Shown here: positions 13,860 through 29,134 of the stretch, piece by piece
How positions within the stretch are numbered: position 1 is the first letter of the stretch
Layout of the letters: each line of letters starts with the position of its first letter
DNA from: Eledone cirrhosa
Lineage: Eukaryota
Assembly (NCBI GenBank): GCA_964016885.1
Contig: OZ024765.1
Location: forward strand, 14,384,001-14,448,000
Length of the DNA: 64,000 nucleotides
Direction of reading: 5' to 3'
Notes under the pieces: generated by a model
Databases searched by the model: none
The model's input: only the letters and a program-made list of their open reading frames with translations
What the model was told of the DNA's origin: nothing
Position numbers and translations under genes: made by a program

Positions 13860-14962
13860 ATACCCTCCATCAGGCATCTACCATACTCTGAAATCCTTGC
13901 TTCCCTAGGCATGGATACATTGAAGCGCCGATGTTTGGCAACTGACTTGGTAAACACACACAACATTATTAACCATCTTTACAACAACAACTCTGAGCAC
14001 CCTTTTGATTTCCATGTGTCTAACACGCGTGGACATGCCAAAAAAGTCAGAAAACAGCACAGCTCCCATAACTTTCAGAAACATTTTTTCCCACTCACAG
14101 TTGCTGAAGTATGGAACAAACTACCTGCATCAGTTGTTAGCTGTCGAGACACTGCGTCCTTTAAAACCTCCATGGAATAAACTACCTGCATCAGTTGTTA
14201 GCTGTCGAGACACTGCGTCCTTTAAAACCTCCATGGAATAAACTACCTGCATCAGTTGTTAGCTGTCGAGACACTGCAACCTTTAAAACCTCCATGGAAT
14301 AAACTACCTGCATCAGTTGTTAGCTGTCGAGACACTGCGTCCTTTAAAACCTCCATGGAATAAACTACCTCCATCAGTTGTTAGCTGTCGAGACACTGCG
14401 TCCTTTAAAACCTCCATGAAACAAACTACCTGCATCAGTTGTTAGCTGTCGAGACACTGCATCCTTTAAAACTTCCATGGAACAATCTACCTGCATCAGT
14501 TGTTAGCTGTCGAGACACTGCAACTTTTAAAACCTCCATGAAACAAACTACCTGCATCAGTTGTTAGCTGTCGAGACACTGCATCCTTTAAAACCTCCAT
14601 GAAACAAACTACCTGCATCAGTTGTTAGCTGTCGAGACACTGCGTCCTTTAAAACCTTCATGAAACAAACTACCTGCATCAGTTGTTAGCTGTCGAGACA
14701 CTGCATCCTTTAAAACCTCCATGGAACAAACTCCCTGAATCAGTTGTTAGCTGTCGAGACACTGCATCCTTTAAAACCTCCATGCTTCCTTAAATTCGCC
14801 AACACTACACCTAATATACCCCCTCAATACACACGTACACATGTATATCATGACTCATACACTGTTCACTTTTCTGACATTATGTACATTATTCTATGTA
14901 CTATACATGCACCTTTGATGAGTTGTAGTGCACCTGAGCACTGTACACAATAATTTCATTAT
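13860..14962 (+). mobile_element. CR1/L2-group LINE 3' end with internal 61-bp tandem expansion
   Basis: Peptide TLKRR...DL...NTRGH..K......FF...V..VWNKLP..VV.....FK is typical of a CR1 ORF2 C-terminus. Eleven 61-bp units at 14113-14783, then the 3' UTR. Confidence 0.8.
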
Positions 14963-15807
14963 TAATATCACTATTAAGAGTTAGCTACAGTATTTCCTGG
15001 TTTATTACAGAGAGAGAGAGGAAGAGGGAGAGGGAGGGAGAGAGGGAGCGAGAGAGAGGGGGAGAGAGAGTCTCACTTAAGACAACGAAGATAGGAGTGT
15101 TTTCTTGGCCTTTAATATTTAAGATACGGAAATAAGCACTTATGCTACGTAACAGGGAGGGGGAGGAAGAGCTTTAAATCTTCACTGTTTCTGTAGACCC
15201 GTGATTATTACTGGTACACATTTTCTGCTGAATATATTGGAGCAATGTGAAATCATGTCGGGGCCGATTCAATGTAGCCATGCCCCCCCCCCCATGGGGC
15301 TGCATACAGCGATAGCTTCTCTACGTGGTTCCCCAGAGCAGTCGAAACGGCTTGAGCTCTGCCGTCGGGGTCATACTTGTTCCTATAACCCACGCTCTAC
15401 CTTAAGTATTGAGTACTTTGGCGCGTTATGGTCCATCAGATTCCTTACCACTTTTCCTTCGTTATATATATATTAAAAGAGTTAGGACCCCGACGGCTGA
15501 GCTCCGGCCGTTTCAACAGCTAGATCCGTTGGGGTCCTGACCCATTTCCTATTACCCACTCTACTACCCTAAGTATTGAGTACTCTGGTGCGTTATGGTC
15601 CACCTGGTTCCTTACCACAACTCCTTCGTTATATATATATACATACATACACACACATAATATATACATACATATATATCCATATATATATATATATACA
15701 TATATACACACAAACATACACATATGCGCACACAAACACACATATATATATATACACACACAAACACACATATATACACACAAAAACACACACACACACA
15801 CACAAAA

Positions 15808-15846
<39 letters not shown>

Positions 15847-16145
15847 CACATATAACGAAGGAGTTGTGGCAGAGTACTCAATACTTAGGGTAGTAGAGTG
15901 GGTAATAGGAAAATGTATGACCCCCAACGGCAGAGCTCAAGCCGTTTCGACGGCTATTTTAGCCGTCAAAACGGCTTGAGCTCTGCCGTCGGCGTCATAC
16001 ATTTTCCGATATACACATATATATATAATTATATATATAGTGAAAAGTTAGTGCCTGACGGCTGAGCTCAAGCCCTTTCGACGGCGAATGGATTATATAT
16101 ATATATAAGTGAATAAAAAAAATCAATATATAGCGCGTACACACA

Positions 16146-18240
16146 CACCATTCCAACTACGCACACACACACACACCACACACACACTCCATTCCAACTA
16201 CACACACACACTCCATTCCAACTACACACACGCACACATCCCATTCCAACTACACACACACACACACACACTCCATTCCAACTACACACACACACTCCGT
16301 TCCAACTACAGACACACACTCCATTCCAACTACACACAGAGACCCCATTCCAACTACACACACACACTCCATTCCAACTACACACACACACTCCATTCCA
16401 ACTACAGACACACACCCCATTCCAACTACACACACACACACACACACACACACTCCATTCCAACTACACACACAGACCCCATTCCAACTACACACACACT
16501 CCATTCCAACTACACACACACACTCCATTCCAACTACAGACACACACCCCATTCCAACTACACACACATACACACACACCATTCCAACTACACACACAGA
16601 CCCCATTCCAACTACACACACACACACACACACTCCATTCCAACTACACACACACACTCCATTCCAACTACACACACGGACACACACCCCATTCCAACTA
16701 CACACACACACACTCCATTCCAACTACACACACACACGGACACACACCCCATTCCAACTACACACACACACTCCCCATTCCAACTACACACACACACTCC
16801 ATTCCAACTACACACACACACTCCCCATTCCAACTACACACACACACGGACACACACCCCATTCCAACTACACACACACATTCCCCATTCCAACTACACA
16901 CACACACTCCCCATTCCAACTACACACACACACACCCCATTCCAACTACACACGCACACGGACACACACCCCATTCCAACTACACACTCCCCATTCCAAC
17001 TACACACACACACTCCATTCCAACTACACACACACACTCCATTCCAACTACACACACGGACACACCCCCCATTCCAACTACACACAAACACGGACACACA
17101 CCCCATTCCAACTACACACACACACTCCCCATTCCAACTACACACACACACTCCATTCCAACTACACACACACACACCCCATTCCAACTACACACGCACA
17201 CGGACACACACCCCATTCCAACTACACACACACACTCCCCATTCCAACTACACACACACACTCCATTCCAACTACACACACACACGGACACACACCCCAT
17301 TCCAACTACACACACACACTCCCCATTCCAACTACACACACACACTCCATTCCAACTATACACACACACTCCATTCCAACTATACACACACACTCCCCAT
17401 TCCAACTATACACACACACACACGGACACACACCCCATTCCAACTACACACACACACGGACACACACCCCATTCCAACTACACACACACACTCCATTCCA
17501 ACTACACACACACACGGACACACACCCAATTCCAACTACACACACACACTCCCCATTCCAACTACACACACACACTCCATTCCAACTACACACACACACG
17601 GACACACACCCAATTCCAACTACACACACACACTCCCCATTCCAACTACACACACACACTCCATTCCAACTACACACACACACACCCCATTCCAACTACA
17701 CACACACACTCCATTCCAACTACACACACACACTCCCCATTCCAACTACACACACACACGAACACACTCCCCATTCCAACTACACACACACACTCCCCAT
17801 TCTAACTACACACACACACACCCCATTCCAACTACACACGCACACGGACACACACCCCATTCCAACTACACACACACACTCCCCATTCCAACTACACACA
17901 CACACTCCCCATTCCAACTACACACACACACCCCATTCCAACTACACACGCACACGGACACACACCGCATTCCAACTACACACACACACTCCCCATTCCA
18001 ACTACACACACACACTCCATTCCAACTACACACACACACGGACACACACCCCATTCCAACTACACACACACACTCCCCATTCCAACTACACACACACACA
18101 CTCCATTCCAACTACACACACACACGGACACACACCCCATTCCAACTACACACACACACTCCCCATTCCAACTACACACACACACTCCATTCCAACTATA
18201 CACACACACACACGGACACACACCCCATTCCAACTACACC
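16146..18240. repeat. Minisatellite: invariant CCATTCCAACTA core with variable (CA)n/CGGA spacers
   Basis: Roughly 80 units of about 20-32 bp. Confidence 0.92.
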
Positions 18241-18298
18241 GGATCTCATTGTCTGCGTGATTTCCGACCTTGAAAGAAAGAAAGACAGAAAGAAGGAC

Positions 18299-18364
<66 letters not shown>

Positions 18365-18937
18365 GAAGGGATCAATTAATTTGTAAACCCCTCCTTTCCC
18401 TCCCCCTGAGAAAGGAAACCTCCCTTTACGGGGTAGATCTACTTGTGTACGACTGGGGATTAAACCATATTAATTAGCGCTGAGCCATAGGCTTCCTAAG
18501 GATGTGTGTACGTGTGTATATATGTATGTATGTATGTGTGTGTGTGTATGTATGTATATACATACATGTCTATGTGGATATACATATATATATATATATA
18601 GTCTTCAATATATATATATATATATATACATATATATAGTCTTCAAAATATATATATATATATATATATAGTCTTCAAAATATATATATATATATGCATA
18701 CATATAGTCTTCAATATATATATATATATATATATATGTAGATAAATCTACCAAGAGTTTACGGTAGTGTCCAATCCGTATGAAGAACTCAATGTAATCC
18801 GGATATCATGGAAAGAAGAGATGCAATGAAAAATCACTTTCGGTGAAAGATAAACGGAAAACAGAGTCAAGATAAAATATTAAAAAAATAATGAATAAAA
18901 CAATGAAACAGTTCCTTATATTAAACAAAAAAAGTTC

Positions 18938-19085
18938 ATTATTTAACGATCGTTTCTAGGATATATATGTGTTAGAATTGGCATGCATATTCAACAGATC
19001 TATGTACAAAATTATACAAAATTATACAAACTATCAAAATTAAATATAGATACCAACACATATATATGCCGTCTTCAGAAATAAT
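18938..19085 (-). ncRNA. Type I hammerhead motif with long (~115 nt) stem II, within an inverted repeat (18960-19210)
   Basis: Minus strand: ATTATTT-CTGAAGA-cggcATATATATGTGTTGG...CTAACACATATATATccta-GAAA-CGATCG-TT-AAATAAT. Perfect 7-bp stem I; palindromic stem III AACGATCGTT. Confidence 0.75.
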
Positions 19086-19334
19086 CTTTATTATTTCTGA
19101 AGACGGCATATATATGTGTTGGTATGTATATTTAATTTTGATAGTTTGTATAATTTTGTATAATTTTGTACATAGATCTGTTGAATATGCATGCCAATTC
19201 TAACATATATATATATACATATATATACGTATAGTAATAATAATAAATTTGAAGACTAAAATCCAAAGAGGGCCCGATAAGGATGAGAACCCGTTAAGGG
19301 TGAAAGCAGCGATTCTTTGCTTAAAATTAATCTG

Positions 19335-21097
<1,763 letters not shown>

Positions 21098-21329
21098 ATT
21101 CAAAATATTAATAAATGAAAAAAATTCTCATAATCAAAATATATACTTTATTTCATATATTTAAGAGGTACTGTGTTGTTTTTTTAGTACATCTTCATCA
21201 GACAAAATATATGATTTGATAAATGACATACCGCAACGGTCTTGATTGTTCAATTCCAGTTTTTGTATACATATATATACATATATATCCATATATAGTC
21301 AAAGCTAAACACGGCGTGATTTAATCTCA

Positions 21330-22742
21330 AACTGTAAAGGCTGTAACTCTATGCAAAGCATGGTATTCGACACTATACCGATACTGTCAAAGCATAAACG
21401 ACACACAAAAAGAATATTTGAAAATAGTTAATTTTCCAGGGGAGAGCACTCTAAAAACAAATTTTGAGTAGCTTCCCTTAAAAATCAAGACTTTACACAC
21501 AGACACACATACACACACACACATATATATTTATATATTTATATAATAATAAAGATGAAATAAAAGATGGTTATAGGAGTTTCATATATACTATTATACG
21601 TATTTCGAATACAAAATCATTAAAGATATTGTGTTCTCTTCAGATAAAATAAGGTACAATGATATGAGGCATAATAGCACTTGTTTATAGGAAAGTGATA
21701 ATTCTACATATGGCAGATATAAAAGTGCTATTTAAGACTTTTATCTCAGACCGCAACGAGAAGTAACACTGTGCTGCAAAGCATGGTGATTGAAGCTCCA
21801 CTAATACTACAAACCCAGACAAGTATTTTAAAATAGTTAAGTTTCAGGGGAGAGCACTTTAAAAACAATGTATGAGAAGCTTCCCTTGAAAATCAAGACT
21901 TTACACACAGACACAAACATACACACACACATACATATATATATATATTTATATATATATATAATAACAAAGATGAAATAAAAGATGGTTATAAAAATCT
22001 CATATATACCATTATACGTATTTCGAATACAAAATCATTAAAGATATTGTGTTCTCTTCAGATAAAATAAGGTACAATGATATGAGGCACAATAGCACTT
22101 GTTTATAGGAAAGTGATAATTCTACATATGGCAGATATATAAGTGATATTTAACACTTTTATCTCAGACCGCAACGAGAGGCAACACTGTGCTGCAAAGC
22201 ATGGTGCTCGAAGCTACACTAATACTAAAAACCCAGAAAAGTATTTTAAAATAGTTAAGTTTAAGGGGAGAGCACTCTAAAAACAAAGTTTGAGTAGCTT
22301 CCCTTGAAAATCAAGACCTTACACACACATATATATATATATTTATATATATATATAATAATAAAGATGAAATAAAAGATGGTTATAAGAGTTACATATA
22401 TACTATTATACGTATTTCGAATACAAAATCATTAAAGATATTGTGTTCTCTTCAGATAAAATAAGTTACAATGATATCAGGCATAATAGCACTTGTTTAT
22501 AGGAAAGTGATAATTCTACATATGGCAGATATATAAGTGTTATTTAACACTTTTATCTCAGACCGCAACGAGAGGCAACACTGTGCTGCAAAGCATGGTG
22601 CTAGAAGCTACACTATTACTACAAACCCAGAAAAGTATTTTAAAATAGTTAAGTTTCAGGGGAGAGCACTCTAAAACAAAGTTTGAGTTGCTTCCCTTGA
22701 ATATTAAGACTTTACACACAGACACACACACAGACACACACC

Positions 22743-22783
<41 letters not shown>

Positions 22784-23136
22784 ATAAAGATGAAATAAAA
22801 GATGGTTATAAGAGTTACATATATACTATTATACGTATTTCGAATACAAAATCATTAAAGATATTGTGTTCTCTTCAGATAAAATAAGGTACAATGATAT
22901 GAGGCATAATAGCACTTGTTTATAGGAAAGAGATAATTCTACATATGGCAGATATATAAGTGATATTTAACACTTTTATCTCAGACCGCAACGAGAAGTA
23001 ACACTGTGCTGCAAAGCATGGTGCTCGAATATCCACCAATACCACAAACCCAGAAAAGTATTCTAAAATAGTTAAATTTCAGGGGAGAGCACTCTAAAAA
23101 CAAATTTTGAGTATCCTCCCTTGAAAATCAAGACTT
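21330..23136 (-). repeat. Tandem array of ~4.3 units of ~390-420 bp, one hammerhead motif per unit
   Basis: Hammerheads on the minus strand at ~21590-21650, 22008-22068, 22402-22462 and 22825-22885: TTAT-CTGAAGA-GAAcACAAtATC tttaat GATtTTGTaTTC-GAAA-TACGTA-TA-ATAG. Confidence 0.85.
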
Positions 23137-23197
23137 TTAGTTTTATTGCATGGCTTATGTTTTTGTGTATGTATGTATGTATGTATGTATATATATT

Positions 23198-23782
23198 GGT
23201 AACATGTATTCCAGTACAACCTGTCCCATGGTCGGGTCGTTGGCGACTAAACTGGCAACCCCACCAAGGTTTCTTGGTGAGGAGGGTAACTTTGGACATC
23301 TTGTAGGACTAAAAACAAAACCTGTCAAAGGGCAAAGGAGCTCTTAAGAGTCAATGGCCATCCAAAACCACCGGGAGAGATGACCTCTTAGCCTTTGTCA
23401 AGGCAGAATTCTAGGAGAAGCAAAACTCTGATATAACACCTGCAGCCCTGATGGTATCAAATGATGTTGACTTGTTATTCTTTTTGGTAAATATCATCTT
23501 GGTTAAGAGAGTGGGACTGGCTTTGTGCAGTGCCTTTGCTCACTATAAAAGCTTCACGCACAGGCATTGCTTTATATCTGGAGATCTCTCTGCACTTGTC
23601 GTCACATGGTACCATGGGCCCAGCACTATGTTTCAATAATTGTCACAGGTGTAGTGTTTGTACCTGAGTTTTCAAGTCGCTGGCTAGACTAAAAAGTCGC
23701 ACTTGTTTAGCGCATCGGTAGGGGTTCTCCTACATGGATATAAAGTAGTGGCCGTACTCGAAAACGAGTTGGCAGCCACCAT
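23198..23782 (+). mobile_element. Near-complete non-autonomous RTE-derived element
   Basis: 5' part shared with 30480, 31697 and 46116 (gtcgggtcg.tggcgactaaac.ggcaaccccacc). 3' part shared with the units at 888-1916. Confidence 0.75.
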
Positions 23783-24227
23783 GTATGTATGTAATGTGAT
23801 AACGTGTAGGCTGGAGGTTGCGGTGTTCAGCTTACACCCAAAGACCATGAGTTCGATTCCTCTCAAGTTAATTTTTACGTGTATTCTGTTTTGTCTTTCG
23901 AACTGGAATGCTCGTCGTCGTTCACGACGTATGACCACCAGTCGCGCGTACATTCATCACCAGTCAGTCCGGCAAGTACTTTGCGGCATCTAGTTACGAC
24001 CCTTTAGTGATCTTAGTTCAAACCCCATAAAGTTCGACTTTGTTTTTCATCCCTCCTCTCAGTGTTGATAAATTAAAGTAGCCTTGATTTACTGTCTGCT
24101 ACTGCTACCATGTAACCGAGTACAACATTCTTCCTGTTCGAGTTGCTACTGGCTCCCCCACGAGACCCTGGTCTGGTCAGCTCAGGCTTCTGTCTGCTAC
24201 TTGTACCATGTAATCGAGTACAACCTG

Positions 24228-24674
24228 CTTCATGGTCGATTCCAGCGTCTGGAAGATTCTCACTGAAGATTTGGACATGCGGAAAGTCTGCGCGAAGATG
24301 GTGCCAAAACTGCTGAACGATGACCAGAAGGGTCGACGCATGCAAGTGAGCCAGGACATCCTCGAGCGTCTTGAAACCGAACCAGACTTGCTAGGGACAG
24401 TCATCACCGGTGATGAGTCATGGATCTTCGAGTACAACCTGGAGGGGACCCGTTTTGAAGACGTGGACGACATCAAAAAGGCCGTGACGACGGAACTGCG
24501 GAGGGTCCCGGAAGAATCCTTCCAGGAATCCATGCAAGCGTGGCAGAAAAGGATGGAAAAGTGCATTAGACTCCAGGGGGATTATCTTGAAGGAGAAAAC
24601 TCTTAGTGTGAAGTTTAGGTTTGAAATAAATCTTTTGTGACATCAGTCCTGGAACTTTTCTGACACACCTCGTA
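24228..24674 (+). mobile_element. Mariner transposase relic with right TIR
   Basis: ILTEDLDMRKVCAKMVPKLL...ITGDESWIFEY is fused directly to LEGTRFEDVDDIK...RMEKCIRLQGDYLEG, so most of the catalytic domain is deleted. Ends gaacttttctgacacacctcg-TA. Confidence 0.88.
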
Positions 24675-25924
24675 TATCATTCGTGTGTTAAAATAATAAT
24701 TAAATAAAATTATTTCTGCAGCCTCAGCTAGAGACCGAACCTCTTACTACACTATATAGGGTACAGGATCCAGGACACGAGCAGAATGTGTGTCAAAATG
24801 AAAGCCTCAAATTTAAATATATAAATACTGGTTACACATTGCTCCGGCAAACCAAAGATGTGTGTTCGTGTCCCATGTACGTCAATACTCATCCTTTATT
24901 CCATTCAGAGGGTTTTTTAAAATCCCAACTAACAGACTAATTCTACTTAGTCAAATACGGCGTAAGCACATGTTATTACCTAATTTTCTAATTAGATACT
25001 TATTTATATAATTATAAATTTACATTTAAAATGGTGGCTTTAACAAGTTCGTTAGAATTTCTGACTGAGTTCAAATCTCGCCGAGGTTAACTTTGCCTTT
25101 CATCCTTACGGGGTCCATAAAATAAAGTACCAGTAATGTACTGGTTTAATTGCTGGCCTTGTGCCAAAAGTAGATACAATTATTTGTAGTCAGAGTTAGT
25201 GGATTAAATTTTATCTAACTATTATTTTAACAATCATTATTTTTTATAGGGCGGTGGATTGACAGTATCGGTAGAGGGTCGGTCGCCATGCTTTCCAGCA
25301 TAGAGTTACGGCCCTTTACGGTCTGAGTTCAAATCCCGCCGAGGTTAACTTTAACGAGGTTATCTCCCTGGAATAAATTTTATCTTTTTACGTAGGAGTT
25401 ACCTCCCTCGTCCTTCCTTTCTGAAAATGGCGCAATGTTTGAAACTATTAGTTAGTAAATCCGTCATCCATCATCATCACCGTTTTCCGCCCATTCTTCC
25501 ACGCTAGCATGGGTTAGACGGGTTGTCCTGTTGTGGGCAATATAAGGTCGGGTGACCTTATATTGCTCACACGGGAACTGATTTTGGCTTGAAATAAATT
25601 CTAATTCTTTAAATACCGCCCCGCCTCAGGTATAGAGTCTACCACCCTCTCCCCGTTTCTTCTGCGGCCTAATAGTGCTTGCTTTATCCTCTCATTTATA
25701 TCCCTTTCTCTTACTTACCTTTACAGCCAGATATGTCCTTCATTAACCCTTCCCCCACCCACCTGTTCGTTGCCTGGTTTTGTTTTCATACTTATTTCTT
25801 TTTTTTCTTCTTTTTCTTACATATTTGTAATTGTTATTGATATAATTGTAACTGATTTATTGAAAATGAAATATAATTAATTTTAAAGTAATTATATTTA
25901 TGAAGGCGTGTAGCTAAAGACAGC

Positions 25925-26912
25925 AATGAACAGGACTCCATCTGGCGGTCAAAGGAAGCGAGATTGCCTCAGGATCACCTGGCGATGAACAGTACTCCAC
26001 ATGGCGGTTAAAGGAAGCAGGATTGTCCCAGGATCACCTGGCAACGAACAGTACTCCACCTGGCGGTTACAGGAAGAACGATTGTCCCAGGATCACCTGG
26101 CGATGAACAGTACTCCAGGTGGCGGTTAAAGGAAGCAGGATTGTCCAGGACCACTTGGCGATGAACAGTACTCCACCTGGCGGCCAAAGGAAGCGAAATT
26201 ACTTCATAATGACCTGGCGATGAACAGGACTCCACCTGGTGGTTAAAGGAAGCAGGACTGTCCAGGACCACTTGGCGGCCAAAGGAAGCGAAATTGCTTC
26301 AGAATGACCTGGCGATGAACAGGACTCCACCTGGCGGCCAAAGAAAGCGAGATTGCCTCCGGATCACCTGGCGACGAACGTTCCCAAAAGACCTGATGGC
26401 AGTCAACATCACTTGACATGGACACGAAAAAGCCGCCACTGATGCTGACCGTTGGCGACTATTAACAGCTCTATGCGCTGAAAGACGTGGAAGAACCCTA
26501 AAAACTAAGTGGTTATAGAACTGGATTCGCAATCGTGAGGTTGTGGGATTGTCCAGGAACACTTGGCGATGAACAGGACTCCACCTGGTGGTTAAAGGAA
26601 GCAGGATTGTCCCAGGACCACTTGGCGATGAACAGGACTCCACCTGGTGGTTAATGGAAGCAGGATTGTCCCAGGACCACTTGGCGATGAACAGGACTCC
26701 ACCTGGTGGTTAAAGGAAGCAGGATTGTCCCAGGACCACTTGGCGATGAACAGGACTCCACCTGGTGGTTAAAGGAAGCAGGATTGTCCCAGGACCACTT
26801 GGCCATGAACAGGACTCCACCTGGTGGTTAATGGAAGCAGGATTGTCCCAGGACCATTTGGCGTCACTGATCCTGACCGTTGAAAGGCGTGAAAGAAACC
26901 TAAAACCTAAGA
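25925..26912 (+). repeat. 59-bp minisatellite attached to RTE-like 3' ends, inserted into a SINE head
   Basis: Unit ggcgatgaacaggactccacctggtggttaaaggaagcaggattgtcccaggaccactt in two blocks. Peptide ADRWRLLTALCAERRGRT at ~26440-26500. SINE head split between ~25901 and 26508/26920. Confidence 0.75.
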
Positions 26913-27559
26913 GTAGCTGGGTGGTTATAGAACTGGATTCGCAATCGTGAGGTTGTGGGTTCGATTTACAACTTAGTTGTAAGGATAAGTGAAAGAAATT
27001 CTGTTAAAATTTTCGTTTTCAGATAAATCATAAAAGATTGCCTTTAGATGTGTCACAATTAGCATCGGAATTCGAGGGAACTTTGGCTGCTATTCTATGT
27101 ACTATACATGCACATTTGATGAGTTGTAGTGCACCTGAGCAATGTACACAATGATTTCATTGGATTGGCAGTATCGGTAGAGGGTCGGATGCCATGCTTT
27201 GACGTATAGAGTTACGGCCCTTGACATTCTGAGTTCAAATCCCGCCGAGGTTAACTTTGCCTTTCATCCTTACGGGGTCGATAAAATAAAGTACCAGTAA
27301 TGCTCTGGGTAATTTCTGGCCTTGTGCCAAAAGTAGAAACAATTATTATCATGGTGAATTGGCAGTATCGATAGAGGGTCGGCCGCCATGCTTTCCAGCA
27401 TAGTTACGTCCCTTTACGATCTGAGTTCAAATCGCGCCGAGGTTGACTTTGCCTTTCATCCTTTCGGGGTCGATAAAATAAAGTACCAGTAATGTACTGG
27501 GTAATTGCTGGCCTTGTGCCAAAAGTAGAAACAATTATCATTATTATTATTAATTATAA

Positions 27560-28505
27560 TTATATCGAACAGCTGCAGAGTCCATTGTGCAGACAGCCCC
27601 GCCATCCCCCTTTAAAGAGGAGGAAGGGCAGGCAGTTTTCATCTGCCTGGTGGCCATGGCGAAAGACATTGTGTGGTGGACAAGGTTGAAAGGGTTGAAG
27701 ACGGACACTTTCCTCTTAGGCCAATCCCTGGGGACTTTTTCAAGTTTCACTTGAAGAGGAAAATCAGGGTGGAGAGGCAAGTGCTGTCTTCTAGTAAGTT
27801 TGTTGAAAGGTGGGTGAAAGTGGCGAGTCAGGTCCGAGTGAACGGGCCCGCTCTGAGTATGCGCTTGTAGACTGAGGAGTGGGAAAAGTGAGAGAGGACG
27901 CTTGCCCTGGTGGTCAGGGTGGCCGTGGTCTTTTTTGTGTGGTTTTCGCCACGAGAGACCCTCGTAGGTTTCCCCCTTTTTGGAGAACTTTTGTTGTTTG
28001 AATTTTTTTGATTTCTATCCCGATTTCTATCTTGTTATAACCTTTTTTACACGGCCAAAACCCACTTTGTATCGTTCTGTGCCGTCTCTAATGTTTTTCA
28101 TGTTAGCCCTTGTGGCCAATAAAGAAACCATTATTATTATTATTATTATCAGAGTAGAGAGGGAAGTGCTCTCTTCCCAGCATTTTGTTGAAAGATGGGT
28201 GAGAGAGGCAAGAATGGCCCGAGTGAATGGGCCTACTCTGAGTATGTATCTGTAAATTAAAGGTGGAAAACTGGGAGAGGGCACTTGCCTTGGTGGTCAG
28301 GGTCACTGTGGCCTTTTACTGGGCTTTCTCCACAAATGTCCCTCCGAAGTCTCCCCCCTATTGGGGAATTTTTCATTGTTATTGTTTTTTACACGCAGAA
28401 ATGCCCATTTGTACCGTCCTGTATTGTCCTGTTCTGTCCTTAATGTCTACTTTATGTAAACCCTTGTGGTTAATAAAGAAATCATTATTATTATTATTAT
28501 TATTA
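27560..28505 (+). mobile_element. Two tandem Tx1/L1-like LINE 3' fragments
   Basis: FFKFHLKRKIRVERQVLSSSKFVERWV; AATAAA plus (ATT)n tails. The second fragment is near-identical to the reverse copy at 63735-64000. Confidence 0.75.
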
Positions 28506-29134
28506 TCATAAAATGAAAACTTTGAGGGCTAGAGAGATACTGCCTGTAGATGGGGGGAGCGAGAGAGACGGAGGCAGTGAGTAAAAGAGAGAACATCAAC
28601 ACTTATTTACTTATTCACTACCTCTGTACCATTTATTTTACGCATGTGATGTGACGTATTCCTTGCTTATTTATTGTATTATGTAAGAACACAAAGGAAC
28701 CAAACTCCCACTGCCTCTGTCTCTGTCTCTTCGATCCTCCCCATCTCTCTCAAAATATACACAATTTAACCAAACTCCCACTGTCACCATCTCTCTCCTG
28801 CTCTCCCCATCTCTCTCCTGCTCTCCCCATCTCTCTCCTGCTCTCCCCATCTCTCATATATACACCAGGTCTGAACACAACAGAACCAATCTCCCACTGT
28901 CACTGCCTCCATCTCTCCTGCTCTCCCGATCTCTCAAATATACACCAGTTCTGAACAGAAAAGAACCAAACTCCCACTGTCACTGCATCCGTTTCTCCCC
29001 ATCTCTCATTATTATGAGCAAACGGGGGCCCACAGGATGGCTGCCACTTGCCCCTGGCGGACAGAATAGAGAAGTCGTTTCCCCAGAGGATGGTGAGGGA
29101 GACGTAAATCCTCTTATAGACGTAATGCTCAGGG

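Noticed and set aside
16146-18240. CRISPR-like repeat/spacer appearance
   Set aside because: Spacers are (CA)n variants rather than unique sequences; eukaryotic context with no cas genes.
18776-18860. Additional hammerhead-like half motifs (also 37590-37612, 43380-43400)
   Set aside because: Core too degenerate or the 5' half is missing.
24232-24606. Functional mariner transposase
   Set aside because: The N-terminus and most of the catalytic domain are deleted.
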